From contig NC_057751.1 of assembly GCF_004010195.1 (NCBI RefSeq), forward strand, positions 5,387,223-5,451,222: a DNA stretch of 64,000 nt, written 5' to 3'. Positions 39,560-50,588 of this stretch are shown piece by piece (position 1 is the first letter of the stretch; each line of letters opens with the position of its first letter). The notes beneath the pieces were generated by a model. It was not told the DNA's origin and made no database searches. It saw only the letters and a program-made list of their open reading frames with translations. Position numbers and translations under genes: made by a program. Source of the DNA: Chiloscyllium plagiosum. Lineage: Eukaryota.

Positions 39560-41904
39560 AAAAGTTATACAAAGACGAGCAATTAATGATGCGCATTTGC
39601 CATAAATCATTGACGCAACAAGTAATCAAAAACAAGTAGAGAGCTGACTGAGACAAAGCGGTGAGGATTGTGTCAATCAGATAAAATAAGCCCTCTTAAC
39701 CTTGAGTGGCAGCAACACAAAACACAAGTGAAAAAGGTCCACACAGCAGCCCCAACCATCCCAATCTTCAGTAATGTTATTCATCTGTGCATGTCCCAAG
39801 GGTTAAAAATGAGGGACAAGAGGGACCATGCAAACTTGGAAATTATTGTCCCAATGCCAGTTCATTTAGGTTCTGTCAATCCTGTCACGGAACCAAATAT
39901 CCCTGAACAGAAGGTAGTGAACATTATGACCACGAAATCGCTTTGGAAACATTTCTGCATTAACAACCCTGATGGAGATCGGCTCAAAGCCCAGGCGATC
40001 TTCACATCAAGTTTCATCTCTTTAAGGTGATCAATGACTTAATGCAGGACCACAGACTGTCCAGTATGAAGCATTCAAAGAAAAAAAGTCACCAGATTCA
40101 CAGCACAATAAGTAGATTATACTCCAGTTAAAGCACTGTGCAGCAACATCATTACCGATATATCAGCCAAACATAGTCTTCAGTCCAATCCGCTGTTGGA
40201 AGCCACTGCCACTGGAATTTAATTAGATAAATTTATGTCACATTTTCAGCTCATCAGAGCGAGGGATGCTCATGGTGGTGTGCAATGCAAACGCTCATCC
40301 CCAGGCAACAAGTGCCCAAGTGTTCTCAGGTGAGTTACAGCACAACTGTATGCGCAGAAAAGTTCCCTCAATGCTGCCCCTGCAGCTCCAAGCTTGGAAC
40401 AGCACCTCCAAGTGCACTGGCGTCACTGTTCATCACATCAACTGGTATGTGTCAATTTTAGTGTTCCTGAGGTGGAGAGTGTGCAATGGCTACACTTGTG
40501 CTGATGATTTCACATTTTGTTTCCAATGTGCAATGTAAACAGCAGGAAAGAAACATTCCGACGTCTTCTGCAATCATCCTCAACACCTAACACAATTAGC
40601 TGTTATCCCATTCCAAATCCAGGTCAAAGACAGTTAATAGCCATGTACAGTACATATAAATGCTGTACATACAAATATCTATCCATTAGTTAATTTTCCC
40701 CCTCACCGCCTCACATAACAGCAGGAAGGCGTATGTAACTTAAGAGCCAAAAATTGTGCACGTGCTGTTGCCCTGTTTTATCTCACCCAGGATGCCAATC
40801 GCAACTTGAGGACTGGTGTCACTAAAACATTATGTTCTCATCCAGCACGCTTCCCTATTGACATGTGGAATATGGAGAGGCTGCAGCTTTGATATTCATC
40901 TCATTAACACATGGAAGGCAATCAGCCATGCTGCTTTCCGAAGTGTTGCAAAATGGACTTGGCGCTGAAATACAAGAGACAACAATAGTGCAGCAAAAGG
41001 CTTACTTACACCTGGTACACATGTCGCACACCAAAACACACGGAGTAGCAGGTTTTATAGAAAATCCCCACAGTCCTCACTTTCTGGACATGAATCGATA
41101 CACGACTCACTGCTGGTGCAGGAAATACCACATTTAGAAACAGACAGAACTGTTTTCCAAGCATTCACTGGGCCAGGGCAGTACAAGAGGAGCAATCAAC
41201 CTCACTCTTTGTGCACAATAAACAATTCCTTTCGTTTCTTCCTGTTAATGTTATGGCCTTCAGTTGGGAGGGGGTTGGGTAGTATACAGGAGGCACAGAT
41301 GTCTGAAAATAAGAATGGGATTATCAAAGTCACTCCACAATCCACCAGGGATAATGTTTTTGGCCTGTTTGGGTTTCTTGGCAATTGCATTTTGCAAAGT
41401 GGGACTTGGTTTCACTCAGTAAGTTGAACTAACTGCTGCACAAGCCAAGCCATCAAGACATTTTGATGATTTCTCAAATGTTTAAGTGCACACACATTGT
41501 AAATCTTTAGACCTGTCTACTCATGGAGCACAGTGATTGTTCTACTAAAGCAATGGCTCACTGTGCCAGTTGTGGTCAGACTTCCATTGTCGTTTCATGC
41601 TTTCAGTCTTCGTGCATTTTGCAATTCAACACCAGACAGAGCGGGGTGAGGTTGGGGAGTTAGCGAGCCCAAATGTCACTGCAGTGGCTGGCTCCACAAG
41701 CAGAATGCACCATTAAAAGCAAGCCTGATTGTTTCAGATGGCCACGAGACCAGCCAGTGCAGTGTCTGACAGGGTTGCACAGAGCATGGCCAACCTACAG
41801 CACAATATGTGGCGGCCACTTGAATGGGCAGCGCTGCAACATTTTCAAGATGGTGCTGTATCGTGAAGATTGCTCGACTGAAGACCTTCTCAGGCCAGAC
41901 CATC

Positions 41905-42723
41905 TCCTGCTTTCTATTTATATGTTTGTCCTGGATGGGGTTCCTGGTGATGTCATTTCTTGTTCATTTTCTGAGGGGTTGATAGATGGTATCTAGATCT
42001 ATGTGTTTGTTTATGGCGTTGTGGTTGGAGTGCCAGGCCTCTAGGAATTCTCTGGCATGTCTTTGCTTAGCCTGTCCCAGGATAGATGTGTTGTCCCAGT
42101 CGAATTGGTGTTTTTTTTTCATCCGTGTGTCGGGCTACGAGGGAGAGAGGGTCGTGTCTTTTTGTGGCTAGCTGGTGTTCGTGTATCCTAGAGGCTAACT
42201 TTCTTCCTGTTTGTCCTACGTAGTGTTTGTGGCAGTCCTTGCATGGAATTTTGTAGATGACGTTGGTTTTGTCCATGGGTTGTACTGTGTCTTTTAAGCT
42301 TGTTAGTTTTTGTTTGAGAGTGTTGGTGGGTTTGTGTGCTACTAGGATTCCGAGGGGTCTTAGTAGTCTGGCTGTCATTTCTGAAACTTCTTTGATGTAT
42401 GGTAAAGTGGTTAGGGTTTCTGGCTGTGTTTGGTCTGCTTGTCATGGTTTTAGATTAGATTAGGTTTGTTCTTGAGGAATCTCCGGACTGTATTTTTTGA
42501 GTATCCGTTCTTTTTGAATACATTGTATAGGTGGTTCTCCTCTGTTTTCCGAAGTTCGTCTGTGCGCAGTGTGGTGGCTCGTTGGAACAGTGTTCTGATA
42601 CAGCTTCGTTTGTGTGTGAAAGCAGGAGACAACAACTTGGAGGTCACCACTGATGATGTTACCAAGCCACGTAATGAAACGTCTGGATATCAAACCTACA
42701 GCTCAGCGAGCAAACCTACACCC
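41905..42723 (-). mobile_element. Penelope-like element fragment with inverted terminal segment (about 42621-42723)
   Basis: HKPTNTLKQKL...DKTNVIYKIPCKDCHKHYVGQTGRKLASRIHEHQ (GIY-YIG); HKRSCIRTLFQRA...VFKKNGY (PLE RT thumb); opposite-strand terminal copy at the 5'-truncated end. Confidence 0.92.
42647..42686 (+). ncRNA. Minimal type I hammerhead ribozyme motif (PLE-associated)
   Basis: CCA-CTGATGA-T-GTTAC-caagccac-GTAAT-GAAAC-GTC-TGG: stem I CCA/TGG, stem II GTTAC/GTAAT, intact core, predicted cut after 42683. Confidence 0.75.
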
Positions 42724-43304
42724 TAGATTTTTAAATTTCTGGTGACATTGTAACTCATGCCCAACCTCAGGAATATACTTGAATTGGACACCAAAGCAGC
42801 CTGGCTCCACTATCTTCCCACAAAAGACAGTATAGGTATGAATGCAGCAATTCAAGAGTGAGGGTTTGTGCTGTTCAGCGTGTTTCAATAACTCGCTAAC
42901 TCCCTGGAGTCGATGTGAAACCACCTCCCCAAGAAGACACTCCTGCAGGTACTGGCCTGTCCCGAAGGCTCGCATCCACATTTTAACTTGAACACAGAAA
43001 GGCAACATCCAAAATGCTTGCCTGACCCAAAGGGACCTGGTCACAAAAAGAGGAACACCAGAAACAGTGCAGCTTTTGCTACAACTGGAACAGAAGATGC
43101 TGTAAGTGCTCAGCAGGTCACACAGCATTTCAAGCCTGAAATGGCATTATTGACAGAGGATGATGACTTGTGATCAGAGTAACTCAGTGACGCTGAGTAT
43201 TTGCAATGTTTCCTGTCTTGTTCCCAGACAGCAACATGTGCAGGATTCCATTGGTTTTACCACTCAGCTTTTCCTGTGGAGAAGATTCATGTCACACATT
43301 AATG

Positions 43305-44240
43305 ATCTTACCAAGGAACTGATGACATTGCTATTCAGTTTGCAGTTGACACAGTGCTGAGGAGGCAGGGAGGCTGCAGAAGGACTTGGACAGTTCCAGG
43401 AGAGTTGGCAAGGAATTGGCAGACAGAGCACTTTGAGAAAGTGAGAATCTGAGAAAGTATGAGGTCATGCACTTTGATGGGAAGTATAGCAGCACAGACT
43501 GTTTTCTAACAGGGAAAAGCTTTGGAAATCTGAAGCACAAAGGGACTTGGGAGTCCTAGTTCAGGATTATTTTGAGGTTAACATGCAGGTTCAGTTGGTA
43601 GTTAGGAAGGTAAATGTAATCTTCCCATACTTTTTGAGAGGACAAGAGTATAAGAGGAGAGATGTACTATTGAGGCTATATAAGGCTCTGGTCAGATTGC
43701 ATTTGGAATACCGTGAGCAGTTTTGGGCTCCGTGTCTAAGGAAGGATGCGCTGGCCTTGAAGCGTGTTCAAAGGAGATTTACAAGAATAATCCTGGGATT
43801 GAAGAGCTTATCATATCATAAGCAGTTGAAGATTCTGAGTCTGTACTCCATAGAGTTTTGAATGATGAGAGGGAATCTCACTGAAACTTATAAAATACCG
43901 AGGGACCTACATAGAGTGGACATGCAGAAGATGTTTCTATGAGAAGAAACAAGGACCCAAGGGCACAGCCTCAGAATGAAGGGACAACTCTTGAGAACTG
44001 ATATGAGGAGAAATTTCTTCAACTAGAGGGTGGTGAATCTGAGGAACTCATTGCTGCCAAGGACCATGGAAGTCGTCACTGAGTTTTATTTCAGACAGAG
44101 ATAGATAGGTTTCTGATTATTAAGGGTTATCAAGGGTTACAGGGAGAAGGCAGGGGAAAGGGTTTGAGAATCATAACAGCCTTGATCAAATACGAGAGCT
44201 GACTTGATGGGCCAAAGGATGTCAGTTTGCTTCCACATCT
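43305..44240 (+). mobile_element. CR1 LINE 3' fragment, decayed
   Basis: LYKALVRLHLEYREQFWAPCLRKDALALKRVQRRFTRIILG and 3' UTR. Confidence 0.85.
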
Positions 44241-44582
44241 CATGCAAGTTCATCAATGCCCTTCAGTGACATTTCAAAAGGGAAGCCTATCTAACAGGTC
44301 TGGTCTTCACTGTCTTTGGCATGAACAGAGGATCGCTTTGATAGGCACACAGTGCCTTGCGCCTCTGACTGCTACTTGAGAGGACAAGAGCCTTTCTGTG
44401 AGACATTGTGGAATTTTGCACCTTGAATAGGCTGCCTGTATTCTTCAGAAATGGAACAGAAATTCAATGCGTCACCCTTGGGAGAACTCTTGAAGGTGTT
44501 TCATTCCCCAGACTGCTTCTAATTAGCTGCTGGAAAGCATTAAGTGTGGCAAGTGAGAGGAAGCTGACAAACTCAATTATAT

Positions 44583-44812
44583 AGGTAAAAACAATGACTG
44601 CAGATGCTGGAAACCAGATTCTGGATTAGTGGTGCTGGAAGAGCACAGCAGTTCAGGCAGCATCCAAGGAGCAGTAAAATCGACGTTTCGGGCAAAAGCC
44701 CTACAGGCTCTCTGCCTGTATTCCTGATGAAGGGCTTTTGCCCGAAACATCGATTTTACTGCTCCTCGGACGTTGCCTGAACTGCTGTGCTCTTCCAGCA
44801 CCACTCATCCAG
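44583..44812. mobile_element. PLE-derived hairpin mini-element with 14-bp TSD
   Basis: TSD aaactcaattatat at 44569-44582 and 44813-44826; CTGATGA-A-GGGC-tttt-GCCC-GAAAC-ATC at 44724-44751. Confidence 0.85.
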
Positions 44813-46949
44813 AAACTCAATTATATGCACAGTTAAGTTTACACAGCAACACTTGACATTTGGTGAGCTCAGCAAAATTTATTCCTTCTTTAAATACTCC
44901 AGTTATCAAAATTCTCCAAGATTACACTTCCTCATTCATTGCATTACAGTGAAGCTGGAATCAAACTTCAAGCTTAACATGAGATCAATAAAAACCTTGG
45001 CAGATACTGACATCAAGGTACAGGGTGGAGGTGGGGACGGGATGATTAGGGATCGAGAAAAAACCCTTTGTATCCGACAATTTTGTTCAGACCTTCCAAA
45101 CTCAGACAGGACCAAAAACATTCTGTGGCATTCCAGACCAGTTCCACTGCTCATTGGAGACATGTGTTGCACAGATCGCAAAAGTAGATCCAAAACTGAT
45201 TTGCAACTCAGCAGCTAAAAATGAGTCACATTACGTAATGCGACTCAGTTCATCTAACAGTTGCAGAAAGGAACAGGCTTCATGACTGCATGCAAGTTTT
45301 CCTTCAATTTTTCCACATGTGAGTTTTCCCTTTTAAACCCAGTTGTGTGGAGTGGCAGGATCCACGGGATGGCCAGAAGTGTTACTCTCCTGCAGATTGC
45401 AGCATGTCCAATTAACTGACGTTGGAAAGGCTGAAATTATACTTCTTCGTGCACTACATGCATAGACCGTGCGTGCCAGAGAGTGACATGCCTGCCCAGG
45501 ACTGATATCAGCTCATCATGGTTACAGTCACCCCTGTTGCTTCTGTCAGGAGTTAAGTAACATTATCTTCGAATGAGCAAAGTCAACTTCTTTCATGAAA
45601 TGATTTTAAAGGTTTTTCTTCATCTAATTTCTAGTTTTCTGATTTTTTTTTTCTGATTCACATTTCCAAAGGGAATCCATGGATTTCCTTTTGTGCCACA
45701 AGCTTCAACTTCATGCAAGGACCCAGTAAGTTAAAAATCACAGTATAAAGTATTAAGCCAACATAAATAATGAATCGTACATACATAACAGGGTTTCAGC
45801 TCATGATCAAACTGTCATTTGTCAGTTTTAAGCAGTTTCGTGCTTCATTCCCCATTTTGGAAGTGAAGATATTTTGAGGTGGAGTGGAGGAGTGGGAAGA
45901 TAAAATGCAACTTTAGTGAATTGCCTTTATTCTTCATCAACTGCTACTGCCGTTCCTATTGAGACAGGTATGGGTTAACTACAGGAAACTCAGCAACCTC
46001 TGATGTGCACTGTTTCAGGAGTCATTTTACATTATTGTGAATTTACTATTTACAATGAGAATTACTGAGCAAAGTCAACTCCCAACAGCTGCTCACAATA
46101 AGCCAGTAGCAAGGAACACACCACGTCATGTGAGCAGACTGAAAAGAGAAATTTGATGTTTCATAACATGAGTTTTGTTTGTGTGAACTTGTTAAATCTG
46201 AGCACAGTTTGCAGGAGGGCAGCAGGCCTGAGAGCAGGTGAGGATGAAAGAAATCTGAACTTTCAGACATTTGCATAGCAAAATATCCTGTGGGTGAAGG
46301 AACTGGTGTGACTCTTCCAGCTCTTGCCCACGTAGTGTAACTTTCAACACAACAAAGCTTAAAATGTAGTTTTGGGCTCTGTCTTTATGTGTTACATTTC
46401 TGCTCAAGAATGGGCACAGGGTTTGGTTTCTGTCATGCCAGCAGAATCCCTTTCACTCCACTCCAGACTACAGTGTTCCCTTGTCACAGACTTGATTGGT
46501 CATTTATTGGTCCAAAGAAAAAAGTGACTTGTATTACAAACAGTGATCAGTGGACTGTGCTCACAAGCCTTCTTCACTTCTGCACAGTACACTGAAATTA
46601 AAATGATTTGGAATGGAGATAGGGATAAGCAGCTTGAAACCCTGGTTTGAGATTAATCCTAAACGGAAGAAACACTGAACATAGATAAAAACCCAACACA
46701 AAAAAACATTAAGGTCACAGCCCACTGCACAGCAATCTTGCCTTCTATTTCCTTTTCTAATGATTCAATAATGCACAGCTCTACATGTGTAGAACTGCCC
46801 CACATAAGTTGCACTACTCTAAAAAGTAAAATAGGAAGATTATCCCCAGTGGGTTTACAAACTTGCTAAAATATAAAAAAAGTTAAGATTTTTCAGGTTA
46901 AAAAATAAACATTGGCCCTCTGTCTTTCCTGTGGATTCTGTACATTGTG

Positions 46950-46994
46950 TCACTCCACGGTCACGGATTTCGCCAGGTTTCGGGGACAGTCAAC
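46950..46994 (-). CDS. GFPT1: GFAT terminal coding exon (too short for the ORF track)
   Basis: tttccttctgaAG|GTT GAC TGT CCC CGA AAC CTG GCG AAA TCC GTG ACC GTG GAG TGA = VDCPRNLAKSVTVE*, the conserved GlmS/GFAT C-terminal tail. Confidence 0.97.
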   Translation of the reverse strand, partial: VDCPRNLAKSVTVE

Positions 46995-47335
46995 CTTCAG
47001 AAGGAAATACAAGGTGATTAGTGACTGTTGTTTGACTGTGATGCTTTGCTGCACTTGTGTTTCACTCTGCCCCTCCTGCTTTCTGGCATGACTGTTCCAA
47101 TCTCCCTACAATTCCACATGCAACTAGAACCTTGTGCAACCTCACCCAAAGAGTCACTTCTCACTTGCAAGTCGATGTCCTGCGCACTGAAAGGATAAGG
47201 ACTGTTTCTAACGCCTGCATCTGCATATTCACACCTATCTTTATCAGCTGATGTGGAGCAATCGGGGTTAGGAATCCAGCCAATTCTCTTTGCATGTCGC
47301 TCACATCCGAGCGACACTTGGCTAATGATGTGACT

Positions 47336-47495
47336 CTGTCGCGAGTGTGGTGCTGGAAAAGCACAGCAGGCCAGCAGCATCTGAGGAGCAGGAGAATCGA
47401 TGTTTTGGGCAAGAGCCCTTTATCAGGAATGATTCTGCTTTTCCATCACCACACTCTCAACTCTGATCTCCAGCATCTGCAGTCCTCACTTTCAC
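47336..47495. mobile_element. PLE-derived partial hairpin element in the GFPT1 last intron
   Basis: TSD ctaatgatgtgact (47322-47335) / ctaataatgtgact (47496-47509). Confidence 0.75.
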
Positions 47496-47640
47496 CTAAT
47501 AATGTGACTGTTCATTTAAAAGCAGCTGTTCATTTCGGACTCATGCTGCATTCAAATTTCTGTTGCTGAAGAACAAAAGCTGTTGATGTTTCGAAACACT
47601 GGCATTTATAAATCAATGAAATATCTCAGATCACTTCACA

Positions 47641-48010
47641 GAGTATTGAGTACAGGAGTTAGGAGGTCATGTTGCGGCTGTACAGGAAATTGGTTAGGTC
47701 ACTGTTGGAATATTGCGTGCAATTCTGGTCTCCTTCCTATCGGAAAGATGTTGTGAAACTTGAAAGGGTTCATAAAAGATTTACAAGGATGTTGCCAGGG
47801 TTGGAGGATTTGAGCTACAGGGAGAGGCTGAACAGGCTGGGGCTGTTATTGCAGCATTTAAGAGGCATTTGGATGGGTATATGAATAGGAAGGGTTTAAA
47901 GGGATATGGGCCGTGTGCTGGCAGGTGGGACTAGATTGAGTTGGGATATCTGGTCGGCACGGACGGGTTGGACCGAAGGGTCTGTTTCCGTGCTGTACAT
48001 CTCTATGACA
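47641..48010 (+). mobile_element. HER1/CR1 3' fragment with internal deletion
   Basis: LYRKLVRSLLEYCVQFWSPSYRKDVVKLERVHKRFTRMLPG and tail. Confidence 0.88.
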
Positions 48011-48369
48011 TGATGACTGAGCAGAAGTGTACTGATATTACTTCAGTCAGCAGGGCGGCTATTTTTCCCCCATTAGCTTCCGACTCAGTGCAATGAGATC
48101 AAATACATGCTCATCTGGTTATTTTGGAGATTGTGGTTGAGGGAACACTAGAACACCTATTTTCACGCAAGGAAACCAGGAATACTTTATTTTTGCAAAC
48201 GGAAAAGTTTGGAATTACACACATCAGTTTATGGAAGTGAAGTCTGGCCCTAGCTTTTGATAGAACTTTCAGATCTCATGAACGAGATTGGCCCAATCTG
48301 AGACCGTCTCCTTCAAATGCTGAGTGACTTACTGTAGATATTGAGAGTTTTCTGTTTTCAGTTCACATA

Positions 48370-48563
48370 CAGGTTGTTCTGTTATAACGCGCATTTTGTC
48401 AACACAAATTCGCTGTAACGTGATTGACAAATTGGGGATGCTACTTCTACAGCACTTAACGTGGTTACAGCACCAACACTTTAAGCCTGTTTCTAAAGCC
48501 CAGTTTTCCTGTAACGCAGAGTTGCACAAGGACACTACAATCACGTTATAGAAGAACTAACTG
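48370..48563. mobile_element. Tc1/mariner-pogo (Tigger-like) MITE
   Basis: TA|CAGGTTGTTCTGTTATAACG ... CGTTATAGAAGAACTAACTG|TA. Confidence 0.75.
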
Positions 48564-49183
48564 TATGCAATCTCCATTTTAAACTCAAGGCTATATTGGT
48601 GAATCCAACGCGAAAACTGGATAGCAGCAATGAGATGGATAAATATTAAACACGTTTGACATGCTCCTCGCTGACATTTCTGGGTATGGGTAAGCTGATT
48701 TATAACAGCTAGTTCAGAATAAATGTGTAACATCTTAGCAATCACAAGTTTATCAGAAAGTGTTCTCAACATTGATCTTCGCGTACTGCATGCTGTTAAC
48801 TTTTTGGCCGAAATTGCTCAATATGCGTCTGAAAGGGTGAAAACTGAGCAGTGTCCTCATGACCACCCACTATGATACCACATGGACTGCTGGACTAAAC
48901 ATCTTCAAGTCTTGAACAAGTGAGACGTAAGGTCCTGAAAGACTGTCACAGGGCAATGATTCCTTTCTAATAAGCAATAAGCTGCTGACATGCAATAAAC
49001 TAGATCTTTTTCATAACAAGGGATTTTGCTCAATGGTGCAGAAAATGGTTTCCATCCACCACGCTAGACCAAGCAAGTCCTCTTGCTTCCTGCACTTGAA
49101 GACGACAGTGACAGCAACCTGTCATGAGCAGTAGCTCAAACAGTGCAGTGAGTGGACCTCGCCAGACCACAGAAGCTTGTGCA

Positions 49184-50082
49184 TAATTGTGAATGTGAAA
49201 CCAAAAGAGAAAATGCTGGAAAATCTCAGCAGGTCTGGCAGCATCTGTAAGGAGAGAAAAGAGCTGACGTTTCGAGTCTAACTGACCCTTTGTCAAAACT
49301 AAAACTTCAGATGATTATCCCATCTTGACCCCTCTGTTTTCATTCTGGTTCATAATTTTATTTTTAAATTTTATTTATCCTTTTTTTATATTTTTTTCAT
49401 TGTTCTGTACCTCTTATTTCTTGACTGTCTCTCTTTCTTTTGCTCCCCACTCTCTTATCACCTTTTTCCTCTCCTCTTCCCCCTTTGCTACCCTTCTCCC
49501 CTGTTTTCCATTTTGCCTTTTTCAAAGAATTCAATAAGGTTTGTGAGGCACGACTTGCCCTTCACAAAACCTTGCTGACTATCCTTGATCACATTATTCC
49601 TATCCGGGTGTGCATAAATCCTATCCCTTACAATTCTCTCTAAGACTTTGCCCACAACAGAAGTGAGACTCACCGGCCTATAGTTACTAGGGTTATCCCT
49701 ACTCCCCTTTTTGAACAAGGGAACCACATTTGCTATCCTCCAGTCTTCTGGGACTACTCCTGTAGACAAAGAGGACATAAAAATCAAGGCCAATGGCTCT
49801 GCAATCTCCTCCCTTGCTTCCCAGAGAATCCTAGGATAAATGCCATCAGGCCCAGGGGACTTATCTATTTTCACCTTTTCCAGGATTTCCAACACTGCAG
49901 TAGCCTACCATGGGGAACCTTATCAAACGCCTGGAACCTTATCAAACGCCTTGATAAGGCGATATATTCTCTCAGCCTCGTATAAATACCTCCCTATTTC
50001 TCCCTTTTTTTAGCTTTGACAAAGGGTCAGTTAGACTCGAAAAGTCAGCTTTCTCTCCTTACAGATGCTGCCAGACCTGCTG
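49184..50082. mobile_element. Composite PLE insertion: inverted hammerhead-bearing termini enclosing a CR1 ORF2 fragment
   Basis: TSD agaagcttgtgca at 49171-49183 and 50083-50095; inverted arms about 49225-49300 and 50012-50084; CR1 peptide VKIDKSPGPDGIYPRIL...NYRPVSLTS...TNLIEFFE on minus at about 49520-49893. Confidence 0.82.
49262..49300 (-). ncRNA. Minimal hammerhead motif with U3-A8 variant core
   Basis: Minus strand AGTT-TTGACAA-A-GGGTC-agtta-GACTC-GAAAC-GTC-AGCT. Confidence 0.6.
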
Positions 50083-50179
50083 AGAAGCTTGTGCACATGC
50101 CTTCCACTTCACCTCTCTGAGGAAGGAAGCATGAGCTGCAAGAAAATCCAAATTTCTCCCACCTGAAATATTTACTCAC

Positions 50180-50341
50180 ATCAAATCCTCGTAGAACAGC
50201 AAGGTGGAAGGAAAGAAGCTGGAGTGGGATGACGCTGAGGATCCCCTGCAGGCAGTCCACACTATGAGGCACTTTAATTACCCGGTTTACACTCTTGATG
50301 GTCTCGTAATCATCCCTGTCACAAATCACCACCGGTCGGCC
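50180..50341 (-). CDS. GFPT1: GFAT penultimate coding exon, 162 bp
   Basis: gtttcAG|GGC CGA...TTT GAT|GTgagt; [54 protein letters not shown]. Confidence 0.97.
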
Positions 50342-50349
50342 CTGAAACA

Positions 50350-50588
50350 AGGTGAAGGTAAAAGGTGAAGTTGTCACAGTTTTACCAGGCCAAAGAGCTG
50401 CTCTCTGATTACAGAGGGAGAACTGATGGTAGTTTAACCTGAGGGTTACTACGCTTCAGATGAGAGGAGGGGTTGAGAAGGTGAGTCCTTCAAGTTCACC
50501 TCATCTGCTGCAGAAATCGAACCCACGCTGTTGGCATCACTCTGCATCTCTAACCAGCCATCCAGCCAACTGAGTTAAACAGGTCCCC
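50350..50588 (-). mobile_element. Full-length tRNA-derived SINE abutting the GFPT1 exon acceptor
   Basis: A box TAACTCAGTTGG (50566-50577), B box GGGTTCGATTTC (50513-50524), body homologous to 12755-12942, pyrimidine tail. Confidence 0.75.
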
